Of a DNA stretch of 64,000 nucleotides, positions 21,645 through 30,778 are shown one piece after another. The position numbers were made by a program, and so were the translations under genes. The stretch comes from an uncultured Gammaproteobacteria bacterium (GTDB lineage: Bacteria > Pseudomonadota > Gammaproteobacteria > DRLM01): the NCBI GenBank assembly GCA_963729605.1, contig CAVSNY010000002.1, forward strand, positions 256,001-320,000. Reading direction: 5' to 3'. Position 1 is the stretch's first letter, and every line of letters starts with the position of its first letter. The notes beneath the pieces were generated by a model. That model had not been told where the DNA came from. It saw only the letters and a list, made by a program, of their open reading frames with translations, and made no database searches.

Positions 21645-21845
21645 TCAGCACCAATAATGATTATGAAGGACCGTGAATTGGCGAGGTGCCATGACCGCCA
21701 GCTTGATTTCATGTTCTTTTACCCGGCCGACGAAGATCTCGATGCTCTCGTGCGCGAATAGATGATAGGCGGGGAATTGGGGCGAGGTGGGTGTCTTTAA
21801 TTTGATCTCCACCGAGTGGCCTGGTCTGCAAGTGATGATGCGCAT
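21645..21845 (-). CDS. Divergent CsrA/RsmA-like protein with beta2-beta3 insertion (66 aa)
   Basis: AAGGA RBS; MRIITCRPGHSVEI...IEIFVGRVKEHEIKLAVMAPRQFTVL aligns by eye to CsrA MLILTRRVGE.I.I...V.V.VLGVKGNQVRIGV.AP..V.V. Confidence 0.6.
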   Translation of the reverse strand: MRIITCRPGHSVEIKLKTPTSPQFPAYHLFAHESIEIFVGRVKEHEIKLAVMAPRQFTVLHNHYWC

Positions 21846-21918
21846 GGGTATCCTTTCTTTGGGCGAAAGCGGATGCGAATACGGCGGCGGCTTAAAGCCG
21901 GTCTGCACGTTACGATCA

Positions 21919-21961
21919 ATTATAAGTATTACTAAATACATGTCAATATAGCAATACTTAT
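21919..21961 (-). promoter_or_regulatory. Consensus sigma70 promoter with two inverted operators
   Basis: Minus strand TTGACA(21946-41)-N16-TATAAT(21924-19); ATAAGTATTACTA (21922-34) and TAGCAATACTTAT (21949-61) are 12/13 inverted copies. Confidence 0.8.
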
Positions 21962-22019
21962 GTTGCAAGCCGCCGATCACTGCTAATAATCGAACCTTAT
22001 TTTTGCAGGTTCGAGTCGG

Positions 22020-22403
22020 ATGGAAATCGGGGAACGTATCAGATTGGCGCGTGAGGCGGTGGTGATGACCAAGTCCGAATTGGCAAGGCGGGTGGGGGTG
22101 CATCCCAGCGCTTGCATACAATGGGAGAGCGAGGGTGGCACCCATCCCAAAGTAGAGCATCTCGCCCAGGTGGCGATGGTACTGGACGTGCGTTTTGAAT
22201 GGCTGGCCACCGGCCGCGGCGAGATGCGTTACAGCCCCGCCGTACACGAGGAGCGTCCGGCTTACAGCGGGGTCGAGCCGCGTTTGAGTTCCGACGAGAA
22301 GCGCTTGCTGGACCTCTACCGCGGCCTCACTCGACGCAAACAGAAATCCTTGCTGGACGTGCTCGACGGCATGGCCACGGGAGGAGCGGACACTTCTTCC
22401 TGA
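22020..22403 (+). CDS. XRE-family (phage cI-like) HTH repressor lacking an S24 peptidase domain
   Basis: IGERIRLARE...ELARRVGVHPSACIQWE...P....L..VA..LDV.FEWLATGRG; LSSDE..LLDLYR.L. Confidence 0.9.
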   Translation: MEIGERIRLAREAVVMTKSELARRVGVHPSACIQWESEGGTHPKVEHLAQVAMVLDVRFEWLATGRGEMRYSPAVHEERPAYSGVEPRLSSDEKRLLDLYRGLTRRKQKSLLDVLDGMATGGADTSS

Positions 22404-22421
22404 AAAAATCGAGGTTACGCT

Positions 22422-22814
22422 TCATTCGCCGCGGCCGGTGAAACGGGTCATTTGCCGGCGCTGGCGTTTGGTCGGCCGTTCGCCGGGTTGCGGGCCCGCC
22501 ACCGCCAAGAGGCGATGTTGTTCGGCGAGCCGCCGCCGGTCCGCGATGCTCTCCGGTGTTTCCTCATATAAAAGCGCGGCCACGCCGGCGGGACCGCGAC
22601 TCCGTGAGAGGTCTTTGACCACCACGGTGAATTGATACGGCCCTTTGCGAATCTGCAATTCGTCGCCGGGGTGCACGGCGTAGGCGGGTTTGGCTCGGGC
22701 GCCGTTGACGTGGATTTTACCGCCGCCTATCGCCGTGGCCGCGAGGGCGCGGGTCTTGAAGAAGCGGGCCGCCCACAGCCATTTGTCGAGCCGCACTTTG
22801 CCGTCGTCTGTCAT
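22422..22814 (-). CDS. hslR: Ribosome-associated heat shock protein Hsp15
   Basis: RLDKWLWAARFFKTRALA, RGPA..A..LYEET, RPTKRQRR. Confidence 0.95.
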   Translation of the reverse strand: MTDDGKVRLDKWLWAARFFKTRALAATAIGGGKIHVNGARAKPAYAVHPGDELQIRKGPYQFTVVVKDLSRSRGPAGVAALLYEETPESIADRRRLAEQHRLLAVAGPQPGERPTKRQRRQMTRFTGRGE

Positions 22815-23217
22815 GCCGGATGTCGTCAATAACGTAACCATGATGGGTGTATCTCAAGATTGGGCGTTCGCCGCGACAACCCATATGACATGAATTGAAT
22901 TTTAATTGCTCCGCGTTGTCGGAGAACGCATGATTATGCGCCTGCCGCGGTTTTTAGTGGCGAGAAATAAAACTTATCCATGATGCGGAAAAGTCCCTGT
23001 TTTGTACATGGCCACTATCACGCCTATACTGATGCATAACCGCACAGGATAATGTTTGGGCGGCGTGGGATTTCCAGCAACGGGTCGATCGACCTAGCGG
23101 AGTCCCCTCTCAATCATGATCGGGTAAACGGCGTCTTGCCCGTCTCTCATTTCAAGTCATTCTTGCCGTCCACGGCGAAAAAATCGACCGACTTTTATAC
23201 ATTTGATGAGGCCACGG

Positions 23218-24417
23218 ATGTACGAAAAATTTTACGGATTGCAGGCGAAACCGTTTCGCCTCAGTCCGGAGCCCCGGTTCTTTTTCACCAGTGCCACTCA
23301 TAAAAGCGCGCTGGCGTATTTACGTTATGGTTTATATCAGGGCGAGGGTTTCATCGTGGTGACCGGAGGCGCGGGCACCGGGAAGACCACGCTGGTGCGT
23401 ACCTTGTCCGGCGAAGTGGCGGGCCGCCGGATGGCGGTCGGTGAATTGGTCAATACTCAATTGCAAGCCCACGATTTGCTGCGCGCTATCGCCGGCGCGT
23501 TCCAACTTTCCCAGCGCGGCACCAAGTCGGATTTGATCAACCGCCTATACGATTTTCTACTGGTGCGCGCTCAAAAAAATCAACGCGTCTTGCTGGTGGT
23601 GGACGAGGCGCACAATCTGCCGCCCGGCTCGTTTGAAGAGTTGCGCATGCTCTCCAATTTTCAACATGGCGAGCGTTCTTTGTTGCAATGCATCCTGCTC
23701 GGCCAGCCGCCGTTGCGGGACGCGCTGGCGCATTCCGCCTTGCAGCAGCGGGTGATCGCCACTCATCATCTCGAACCGCTGCTGCCCGAAGAGACCCGGG
23801 GCTATATTCTTCACCGCTTGCGTTATGTCGGTTGGCGCGGTGATCCCGTCTTCAGCGGCGAGGCGATCGGATTGATCCATCGTTGCAGCCACGGTATCCC
23901 GCGGCGGATTAACGCGTTGTGCGATCGGCTGCTGCTATTCGGTTGCCTGGAGGAGCGCCACGAGCTCGACGCCGCGGCGGTGGCGAAGGTGTACGCGGAA
24001 TGGGTGACCGAGGCGGGTCTGGAAGCGTGCGTGGCCGATGACGCCGCGAACGGCGTCGTGAATCTCGGCGCCTTGGCGCGGGAACAAGCGGCCATTCGAA
24101 TTTCTCCGCGCCCGGCGCCGCCGCACGAAATCATGACCGCATCGGCGCCGTCTTCAGCGACACCAATCCCGCATTCGGTTGCCGTGGCCGACCCGGGCTT
24201 GCCACCGACCCCGTTGCCAGCCGCGCCGCGCCGTTTGATCGCGGCCCAGTCTTTAGTGCGCCCCCTGATCAGCGTGACGGCGGTTGCAGTGGCGGCCCTG
24301 TTGGTTTGGATGTGGTCGCTGAATGGTGGTGTGCGCGATCAACAGGCGGTGCATACGCCGTCGTCGCCCGCTCCGGCGAGCGGGCCGGCGGCGACCATGA
24401 ACATCCCGTCGAGTTGA
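23218..24417 (+). CDS. ExeA/GspA-like AAA ATPase with Pro/Ala-rich linker and C-terminal TM
   Basis: MYEKFYGLQAKPFRLSPEP, GGAGTGKT, VDEAHNL, LRMLSN, GIPRRINALCDRLLL. Confidence 0.85.
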   Translation: MYEKFYGLQAKPFRLSPEPRFFFTSATHKSALAYLRYGLYQGEGFIVVTGGAGTGKTTLVRTLSGEVAGRRMAVGELVNTQLQAHDLLRAIAGAFQLSQRGTKSDLINRLYDFLLVRAQKNQRVLLVVDEAHNLPPGSFEELRMLSNFQHGERSLLQCILLGQPPLRDALAHSALQQRVIATHHLEPLLPEETRGYILHRLRYVGWRGDPVFSGEAIGLIHRCSHGIPRRINALCDRLLLFGCLEERHELDAAAVAKVYAEWVTEAGLEACVADDAANGVVNLGALAREQAAIRISPRPAPPHEIMTASAPSSATPIPHSVAVADPGLPPTPLPAAPRRLIAAQSLVRPLISVTAVAVAALLVWMWSLNGGVRDQQAVHTPSSPAPASGPAATMNIPSS

Positions 24418-24544
24418 ACCACGTCTACAGCGAATCATTCTCCGTTGCCGTTATTGTGGTTGCGATCACGCCGCGCTTGCGGGGGATGATTTGCGGCGGT
24501 GGTGTATCCAACGGACTCGGTCCGCGGCGATGGGCGCGCTGCGC

Positions 24545-24573
24545 TTGACAGTGCCCATGCCCGCGGGCAGACT
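24545..24573 (+). promoter_or_regulatory. sigma70 promoter of leader-EamA unit
   Basis: TTGACA-N17-CAGACT. Confidence 0.65.
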
Positions 24574-24581
24574 TTCGAACC

Positions 24582-24683
24582 ATGTGTTTACATTCTCAAT
24601 CGGCCGTCGTCGTAATCGCACCTCGCCTGGCCCGGGCGCGAGTGTGGTGTGCGTTTATGTGGCCGGGGGATGTCTATTGTTAG
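24582..24683 (+). CDS. Putative attenuator leader peptide (33 aa)
   Basis: MCLHSQSAVVVIAPRLARARVWCAFMWPGDVYC*; starts 8 nt after the -10 and contains a sequence able to pair with the terminator. Confidence 0.55.
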   Translation: MCLHSQSAVVVIAPRLARARVWCAFMWPGDVYC

Positions 24684-24716
24684 TTTCGTAATACAGTCAG
24701 CGCAGCGCGCAATCCC

Positions 24717-24754
24717 AAGGCCACAGAATCCGCGTTCTGTGGCCTTTTTGTTTT
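24717..24754 (+). terminator. Intrinsic terminator (attenuator) upstream of EamA gene
   Basis: AAGGCCACAGAA-TCCGCG-TTCTGTGGCCTT followed by TTTGTTTT, 27 nt before the start codon. Confidence 0.85.
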
Positions 24755-24781
24755 GGGCGCCGCCATGATCGGGAGGTCAGC

Positions 24782-25666
24782 GTGTCCGTGCCCGCCGCTT
24801 ATCTGGGTATTATCCTTATCTGGTCCACGACGCCGTTGGCGATCAAGTGGAGCGGAGAGGATGTCGGTTTTTTATTCGGCGTCACCGGCCGCATGTTGCT
24901 CGGCGCCGTGTTGTGTCTCGCCTTGATCCGATTGTTGCGGGTCGAGTTGCCCTGGCACCGTACCGCGATACACACCTATCTCGCCGCGGGCATCGGTATC
25001 TACGGCTCCATGCTCTGCGTGTATTGGGGCGCGCAATATATTCCTTCCGGTTTGATCGCGGTGTTGTTCGGATTGACCCCGCTGATGACCGGCGTGCTGG
25101 CGATGGCGTGGCTGGACGAGCGCAGTTTCACGCCCGGCAAACTCGCGGGGATCGCGGCGGGTTTGGCCGGGCTGGCGGTGATCTTCGGCAGCGGTGGTCA
25201 ACATGGACCGCTGGCGGTGCAAGGGATCAGTGCGGTGTTGGTGGCGGTGCTGCTGCATTCGATCAGCAGTGTGCGGGTCAAACAGATCGGCGCCGAGGTG
25301 CCGGCCTTGGCGGTGGCCGCCGGCGGCCTCCTGGTGGCGGTGCCGCTGTATCTCGTCACCTGGTGGCTGGCGGACGGGGTCATGCCGCGGCTGTTGCCGG
25401 CGCGGGCCGTGTTGTCGATTGTTTATCTCGGCGTGGTGGGATCGGCGATCGGTTTCGTCTTGTATTACTACGTGCTCAAGCGCCTCACCGCGGGGCGGGT
25501 GGCCTTGATCACCTTGGTGACGCCGGTCACCGCCTTGCTGCTCGGCAATGTCCTCAATGACGAGCGGCCCGGTCTCGAGGTGTGGGCGGGCACGGCGGTG
25601 ATTTTACTGGGGCTGGTTTTGTATCAGCGCGAAGCGAAGATGCACGCCGACAAGCCGGCGGCGTGA
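24782..25666 (+). CDS. DMT/EamA family transporter
   Basis: About 10 TM segments, LIWSTTPLAIK, YLGVVGSAIGF..YY, LVTPV.ALLLG..L..E. Confidence 0.92.
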   Translation: MSVPAAYLGIILIWSTTPLAIKWSGEDVGFLFGVTGRMLLGAVLCLALIRLLRVELPWHRTAIHTYLAAGIGIYGSMLCVYWGAQYIPSGLIAVLFGLTPLMTGVLAMAWLDERSFTPGKLAGIAAGLAGLAVIFGSGGQHGPLAVQGISAVLVAVLLHSISSVRVKQIGAEVPALAVAAGGLLVAVPLYLVTWWLADGVMPRLLPARAVLSIVYLGVVGSAIGFVLYYYVLKRLTAGRVALITLVTPVTALLLGNVLNDERPGLEVWAGTAVILLGLVLYQREAKMHADKPAA

Positions 25667-25781
25667 GCACGCAGCGGCCCGGTGTCGCGCGTCACTTGCG
25701 CAGGGCGCGCGCCGTCTCGTTGTAAGCGGAGGGACAATAACTTTATACTCCGGGCACCTTTTTTATTCCGGAGCGCGCGCC

Positions 25782-26987
25782 TTGGTTAATCCTATTCCGA
25801 AACCGACCATCCAATCTTTCAATCCCGCCGTGCGTACCTTGATGGGTCCGGGTCCTTCGGATGTGCATCCACGCATACTGGCGGCCATGGCGCGGCCCAC
25901 CATCGGCCATCTCGATCCGCTGTTCGTCGATATGATGGATGAGATGAAGCTGTTATTGCAGTACGCCTTTCAAACCCGCAACGCCCTCACCATTCCCGTT
26001 TCGGCGCCGGGTTCGGCGGGCATGGAGACCTGCTTCGTCAATCTGCTGGAGCCGGGCGACAAAGTGGTGGTCTGCCAGAACGGCGTGTTCGGCGGCCGCA
26101 TGAAAGAGAATGTCGAGCGCTGCGGCGCGCTGCCCATCATGGTGGAAGATGCTTGGGGCGAACCGGTCGATCCCGAAAAATTGGAGGACGCCCTCAAGGC
26201 CCATCCCGGCGTCAAGGTCGTGGCCTTCGTCCATGCCGAGACCTCCACCGGCGCGCGGTCGGATGTGCAACAACTGGCGGAAATCGCCCGCCGTTACGAC
26301 TGCCTCACCATCGTCGATGCGGTGACCTCGCTGGGCGGCATTCCGCTCAAGGTCGATGAGTGGCAAGTGGACGCGATTTATTCCGGCACGCAGAAATGTT
26401 TGTCTTGCACGCCGGGCCTGTCGCCGGTGAGTTTCAGCGAGCGGGCGGTGGCGCGCATCAAGGCGCGCAAAACCAAAGTGCAGAGCTGGTTTTTGGATTT
26501 GAATCTGGTGATGGGGTATTGGGGCGCCAGCACCAAACGCGCCTATCACCACACCGCGCCGATCAACGCCTTGTACGGTTTACACGAGGCCTTGGTGATG
26601 TTGCAGGAAGAGGGTTTGGAGGCGGCGTGGGCGCGCCATCATCGGCATCATCTCGCGCTGCGCGCCGGGGTGGAGGCCTTGGGTCTGCGCTTCGTGGTGA
26701 AAGAAGATTATCGCCTGCCGCAGCTCAATGCGGTCACCGTGCCGGACGGGGTGGACGAGGCGGAGGTCCGCCGCCGCTTGTTGACGGAGTTCAATCTGGA
26801 GATCGGCGCGGGGCTGGGCAGCCTCGCCGGCAAGGTATGGCGCATCGGTTTGATGGGCCATGCCAGCACGCCGAAGAACGTGCTGTTCTGTTTGGCGGCG
26901 CTGGAAAAGGTATTGAGTGATCTTCAGGCGCCGATTCTCCGCGGCAAGGCGCTGGGCGCGGCGGGGGCGGCGCTGGCCGGGGGGTGA
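25782..26987 (+). CDS. Alanine-glyoxylate/serine-pyruvate aminotransferase (class V PLP)
   Basis: LMGPGPS, HAETSTG, VDAVTSLGG, SGTQKCL, YHHTAP, WRIGLMG. Confidence 0.93.
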   Translation: MVNPIPKPTIQSFNPAVRTLMGPGPSDVHPRILAAMARPTIGHLDPLFVDMMDEMKLLLQYAFQTRNALTIPVSAPGSAGMETCFVNLLEPGDKVVVCQNGVFGGRMKENVERCGALPIMVEDAWGEPVDPEKLEDALKAHPGVKVVAFVHAETSTGARSDVQQLAEIARRYDCLTIVDAVTSLGGIPLKVDEWQVDAIYSGTQKCLSCTPGLSPVSFSERAVARIKARKTKVQSWFLDLNLVMGYWGASTKRAYHHTAPINALYGLHEALVMLQEEGLEAAWARHHRHHLALRAGVEALGLRFVVKEDYRLPQLNAVTVPDGVDEAEVRRRLLTEFNLEIGAGLGSLAGKVWRIGLMGHASTPKNVLFCLAALEKVLSDLQAPILRGKALGAAGAALAGG

Positions 26988-27138
26988 CGCGGAGGGTCAC
27001 AAGTTGACTGAAAGGGCCGGTTTCCGGCGGGCGGCGATGAGAACGTGTCGGCGAATTGGGGCGGACTTGGTTAACAGTTTAAATCGGGGGTTTTCCCTCA
27101 CAAGGTTAACCTTTTGAATATCTGGCCAATAATTATTG

Positions 27139-27155
27139 TTGGCACATAGGCTGCA
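27139..27155 (+). promoter_or_regulatory. sigma54 promoter
   Basis: TTGGCACATAGGCTGCA (GG-N10-GC) with AT-rich upstream tract. Confidence 0.75.
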
Positions 27156-27227
27156 ATAGTCGGGGCAGAAAACATGAACGATGCCGCCGCCGGGGCGCGG
27201 CCGTAAACAGCTTCGAGGATACAGCCA

Positions 27228-27569
27228 ATGAGCCAGACGATGACCTACGACGACCTCTCCCAATTGGCGGGGACTTTCCGCGACACCGGTGGTGTGAGCG
27301 AGGAAAACCGGAGTCTGGGTTTCCGCCCCGCCTTTCTCGATCGCGACAGCGGCCGCTTTCTCATGGCGCGGGATGCCGAGGGCGCGCCGGCGGCGGTGCA
27401 CCAGTTCGATGGTCTGCCCGATGACTGGGTGGTGAGACGCGATCAGACCGGCCGGCCGCTGGCGGTGAAGACCTCGGTGGTGGCCGGTTTCGTCCGCGGC
27501 GGCTGTTTCTACACCCGGGAACAGGCGGCGCAGCTGGTACAGTGGGAGTTGGATAAACGCGCCAGCTGA
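27228..27569 (+). CDS. Conserved hypothetical protein
   Basis: GAGGA RBS; TGGVSEENR..GFRPAFLD...DGLP.DW...GFVR...FYTREQAA looks like a conserved uncharacterised family. Confidence 0.7.
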   Translation: MSQTMTYDDLSQLAGTFRDTGGVSEENRSLGFRPAFLDRDSGRFLMARDAEGAPAAVHQFDGLPDDWVVRRDQTGRPLAVKTSVVAGFVRGGCFYTREQAAQLVQWELDKRAS

Positions 27570-27594
27570 ACCGCGGCGCGGAATGCATGGAATA

Positions 27595-27978
27595 TCAGTG
27601 CAGTATTCGCGGCACCGATAAGGTAAAGACCGGGATGTCCGCGTCGAAATGGTTGCCGTCGTCGCCCAGCATCTGATACGTGCCGCGCATCGTGCCCACC
27701 GCCGTATCCAGCACCGCCCCGCTGGTATATTGAAAGGCCTCGCCCGGCCGCAGATAGGGCTGTTCCCCCACCACGCCTTGACCGCGCACCTCCTGCGTCT
27801 TGCCGTTGGCGTCGGTGATGATCCAATGCCGCGAGAGCAGTTTGGCGGGAACCCGTCCCAGATTCTGGATGCTGACCGTATAGGCGAAGACGAAACGATT
27901 CTGCTCGGGAACCGACTGTTCCTCGACGTAGAACGGCTCAACCAAGACTTTGATGCTATAAGAAGAATCGCTGTTCAT
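27595..27978 (-). CDS. apaG: ApaG protein
   Basis: FAYTVSI, LLSRHWIITDANG, GVVGEQP, YTSGAVL.T.VG.M.G.Y. Confidence 0.95.
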   Translation of the reverse strand: MNSDSSYSIKVLVEPFYVEEQSVPEQNRFVFAYTVSIQNLGRVPAKLLSRHWIITDANGKTQEVRGQGVVGEQPYLRPGEAFQYTSGAVLDTAVGTMRGTYQMLGDDGNHFDADIPVFTLSVPRILH

Positions 27979-28091
27979 GTTGACGGCTACCACCTTCAAT
28001 TTGCGCTTTTTTATGGAGGGAGAAGGATATTAGGTGCGCAACTTTAGAGAAAGTTTAGCACAGGCCTTGTAGGCTGTCCCGGCGGGGTGGT

Positions 28092-30386
28092 TTATTTGGC
28101 GGCGACCTTGCGCACTTGGGCGAGATCGGTTTGGCCTTTGAACATCTTGGTGATGCCGTCCTGCATCAACGTCCGCATGCCTTCTTTCATGGACAGGGCC
28201 TGCAATTCCTCGGCCGTGCCCTTGTGATAAATGAGTTCCTTGATGCCGCGGCTGGACACCAGTAACTCGTGGATGCCGGTGCGGCCCCGATATCCGGTGC
28301 CGTCACAGGCCGGACAACCCGGCGCTTTATAGAGGGTGGCCTTGCCGGGGTCGGGGCAGACCTCGGCGAAATGCTCTTCGCCGTAATAGCGGCGGATCAG
28401 GGTCAGTTCGTCGGCGTCGGGTTGATAGGGCTTTTTGCATTTCTCGCACAAGGTGCGCACCAGCCGCTGCGCCATCACCCCCAGAAACGCGTCGGAAAAA
28501 CTGATGGGGTCGATGCCGAGGTCGAGCAGACGGGTGATGGTCTCCGCCGAGGAGTTGGTGTGCAGGGTGGAGAACACCAAATGGCCGGTGAGCGAGGCCT
28601 CGACGCCGGCCTCGGCGGTTTCCTGGTCGCGCATCTCGCCGATCATGATGACGTCCGGATCGGCGCGCAGAAAGGAACGCAGCGCCGTGGCGAAGGTGAG
28701 CCCCGCCTTCTTGTTCATCTGCACCTGCTGCAAGCCGGGCTGGGTGATTTCCACCGGGTCTTCCGCGGTCCAGATCTTGCGCTCGGGGGTGTTGATGTGG
28801 GCGAGAATGGCGTGCAGGGTGGTGGTCTTGCCCGAACCGGTCGGACCCACCACCAGAAAAATGCCGTGAGGATGTTCCACCAGGGCCTTGGTCTCGCGCA
28901 GCGTGCGCTCGGCGAAGTTGAGCTGCTCGAGCGGCGGCGGTTTGTTCGAAGCCAAGATACGCATCACCACCGATTCGCCGTTGACGGTGGGGATGGTGGC
29001 GACGCGCAGCTCGATGGGTTTGCCTTTGATCTTCACCACGCACTTGCCGTCTTGCGGACGGCGGCGGTCCGAGATGTCCATGCCGGCGGTGATTTTGATG
29101 CGCGAGACCACGGCGCGAATATGGCTGGCCGGTATGGTAAGGCTGCGCTGGCATTGGCCGTCGATGCGGATGCGCACCGAGGACGGCACTTTGCCCTTGC
29201 CGGGTTCGATGTGGATGTCGGAGGCGCGCGCGTTGTAGGATTCACGGATCAACTGATTCACCAGCTGGATGACGGTGGCCTCGTTTTCATCGACCGCGTC
29301 CACTTCCTCGTCGGAGATGCCCTCGACGCCTTCTTCGTTGAGGCGGTCCACCAGTTCGTTGATATCGACCTTGCCGTCGATATTGAGCGGGGTTTCGCCG
29401 AGAAATTGCCGGATGTCTTCGGGCAGCGAGACTTTGAAAATGTAATTGCGGGCGCGCAACACCCGTTGAATTTCCATGAGGCGGCGGTCGTCGGTGGGAT
29501 CGTCGATCAACACCACCACTTCATTGCGGTCGCCTTGAATGGGCACCCAGCATTCTTTTTTGAGATAGGCCTCGTTGATGCCCTTCAGCAGCTCCTTGGG
29601 TATTTCCACTTCCGGGTCGTAGCCCATGTACGGCACTTGGTAGTAGCGTTCCAGCGAGGCGCCGATTTCCGCGGCGCTGAGATTGGCCTCGGTGAGCAGT
29701 AAATGGGTGACCGAGGTGCCTTCCTTGGGCGCGCGCTGTTTGAATTCGTCGAGGCGTTGTTGAGTGAGTTTGTCCGACTGCACCAGATATTCGTAGGGAT
29801 CGCGGGTGCCGCCCAATTCATAACGAAACTGGTTGCCGAGGAAGAAGCCCAATTTGATGGTGTTGCGCAGCTCCGCGTCGGAAAATGCCCCGCCGCCGCG
29901 GCGATTGAGCACTTGGATCACCCCGAACAAGACGTCCTTGGATTTGATGGGCACCACGATCATGGATTGGGTGCGAAAGCCGCTCTTGAGATCGTAGGAC
30001 TTGTCAAACCGCAAATTCGGGTGAATATTGGTCAGTTCCTCGGCGTTGTAGACGTCGGTGATGCGTACCGGTTTTTGATTGAGTCCCACATACCCGGCGA
30101 TGGACGAAGTGGAGAGCGCGACCCGGATTTCCTTGATCTCGCTGCCGCTCTTGTATTTGGAGACCAAGGCCGGCTCGGTGCGCGAGCGCTGGTAGACGGT
30201 GATGCGTTCGGCGTTGAGCAGGGAGAGTAAATCCTCCTCGATTTCCGGCATGACGTCGCGGAAATTGGCGGATTCCTGGATGCGTTGAATGACCGCGTTG
30301 AGCCGAACCTGAAACTCGAGCTGGCGCTTGAGTTGATCCGGATTCAGTTTTCTCTGCGCCTCGTTGCTTCCGTCAGTCATGCTCAT
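28092..30386 (-). CDS. GspE/PilB-family secretion ATPase with N-terminal GAF domain
   Basis: GAF (SIAGYV...D.Y...FD..YD.KSGFRTQSMI.VP), ASDIHIEP, PQDG, GPTGSGKTT, EDPVE, LRADPD..MIGEMRD, TGHLVFSTLHTN, CxxC pairs. Confidence 0.92.
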   Translation of the reverse strand: MSMTDGSNEAQRKLNPDQLKRQLEFQVRLNAVIQRIQESANFRDVMPEIEEDLLSLLNAERITVYQRSRTEPALVSKYKSGSEIKEIRVALSTSSIAGYVGLNQKPVRITDVYNAEELTNIHPNLRFDKSYDLKSGFRTQSMIVVPIKSKDVLFGVIQVLNRRGGGAFSDAELRNTIKLGFFLGNQFRYELGGTRDPYEYLVQSDKLTQQRLDEFKQRAPKEGTSVTHLLLTEANLSAAEIGASLERYYQVPYMGYDPEVEIPKELLKGINEAYLKKECWVPIQGDRNEVVVLIDDPTDDRRLMEIQRVLRARNYIFKVSLPEDIRQFLGETPLNIDGKVDINELVDRLNEEGVEGISDEEVDAVDENEATVIQLVNQLIRESYNARASDIHIEPGKGKVPSSVRIRIDGQCQRSLTIPASHIRAVVSRIKITAGMDISDRRRPQDGKCVVKIKGKPIELRVATIPTVNGESVVMRILASNKPPPLEQLNFAERTLRETKALVEHPHGIFLVVGPTGSGKTTTLHAILAHINTPERKIWTAEDPVEITQPGLQQVQMNKKAGLTFATALRSFLRADPDVIMIGEMRDQETAEAGVEASLTGHLVFSTLHTNSSAETITRLLDLGIDPISFSDAFLGVMAQRLVRTLCEKCKKPYQPDADELTLIRRYYGEEHFAEVCPDPGKATLYKAPGCPACDGTGYRGRTGIHELLVSSRGIKELIYHKGTAEELQALSMKEGMRTLMQDGITKMFKGQTDLAQVRKVAAK

Positions 30387-30778
30387 CGTTAGCCGTGTCC
30401 ATATCGAATGCGAACGCCGGAGCGAGAGGCGTCCGCCGGCGGGATGTCCCTGTTCACGGCAAAGCGCCGGCACTCTCGAGCGAGGCAGGCTAGGGTTTCG
30501 AAGCATGTCCCCGCACCCCACGGAGGAACGGGGCATCCGTCATTACTCCCACGCTGGGTATCGACTGGGCGGGGGAATGCTTGAACCCGGGTTGGACCGC
30601 CCGTCCCGCGGACACTCGGAGGGTCCTCGTGGTCGGCAAGGCGGGCGGAGTAGGGTTTTGGTTCGATTAACCTGTTGAAGCGTCATAAGAACTTTGCAAG
30701 ACTGGCGATGCCGGGTTGGATCGCTTTCGGCGGGACGGGCATCCCGTTTTTCCGCGAGTTGGATGAAGTAAGGCGAAT

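Noticed and set aside
21645-22247. 200-aa minus-strand ORF in the track
   Set aside because: Its 5' part is antisense to the XRE gene and crosses the promoter; only the last 66 codons have an RBS and a promoter
28269-29702. Long antisense ORFs (also 5911-7047, 56596-57999 and others)
   Set aside because: Typical shadow frames opposite well-supported genes in GC-rich DNA
30540-30770. Possible riboswitch between GAF-GspE and yihY
   Set aside because: GC-rich stems are possible but I could not match any known aptamer consensus
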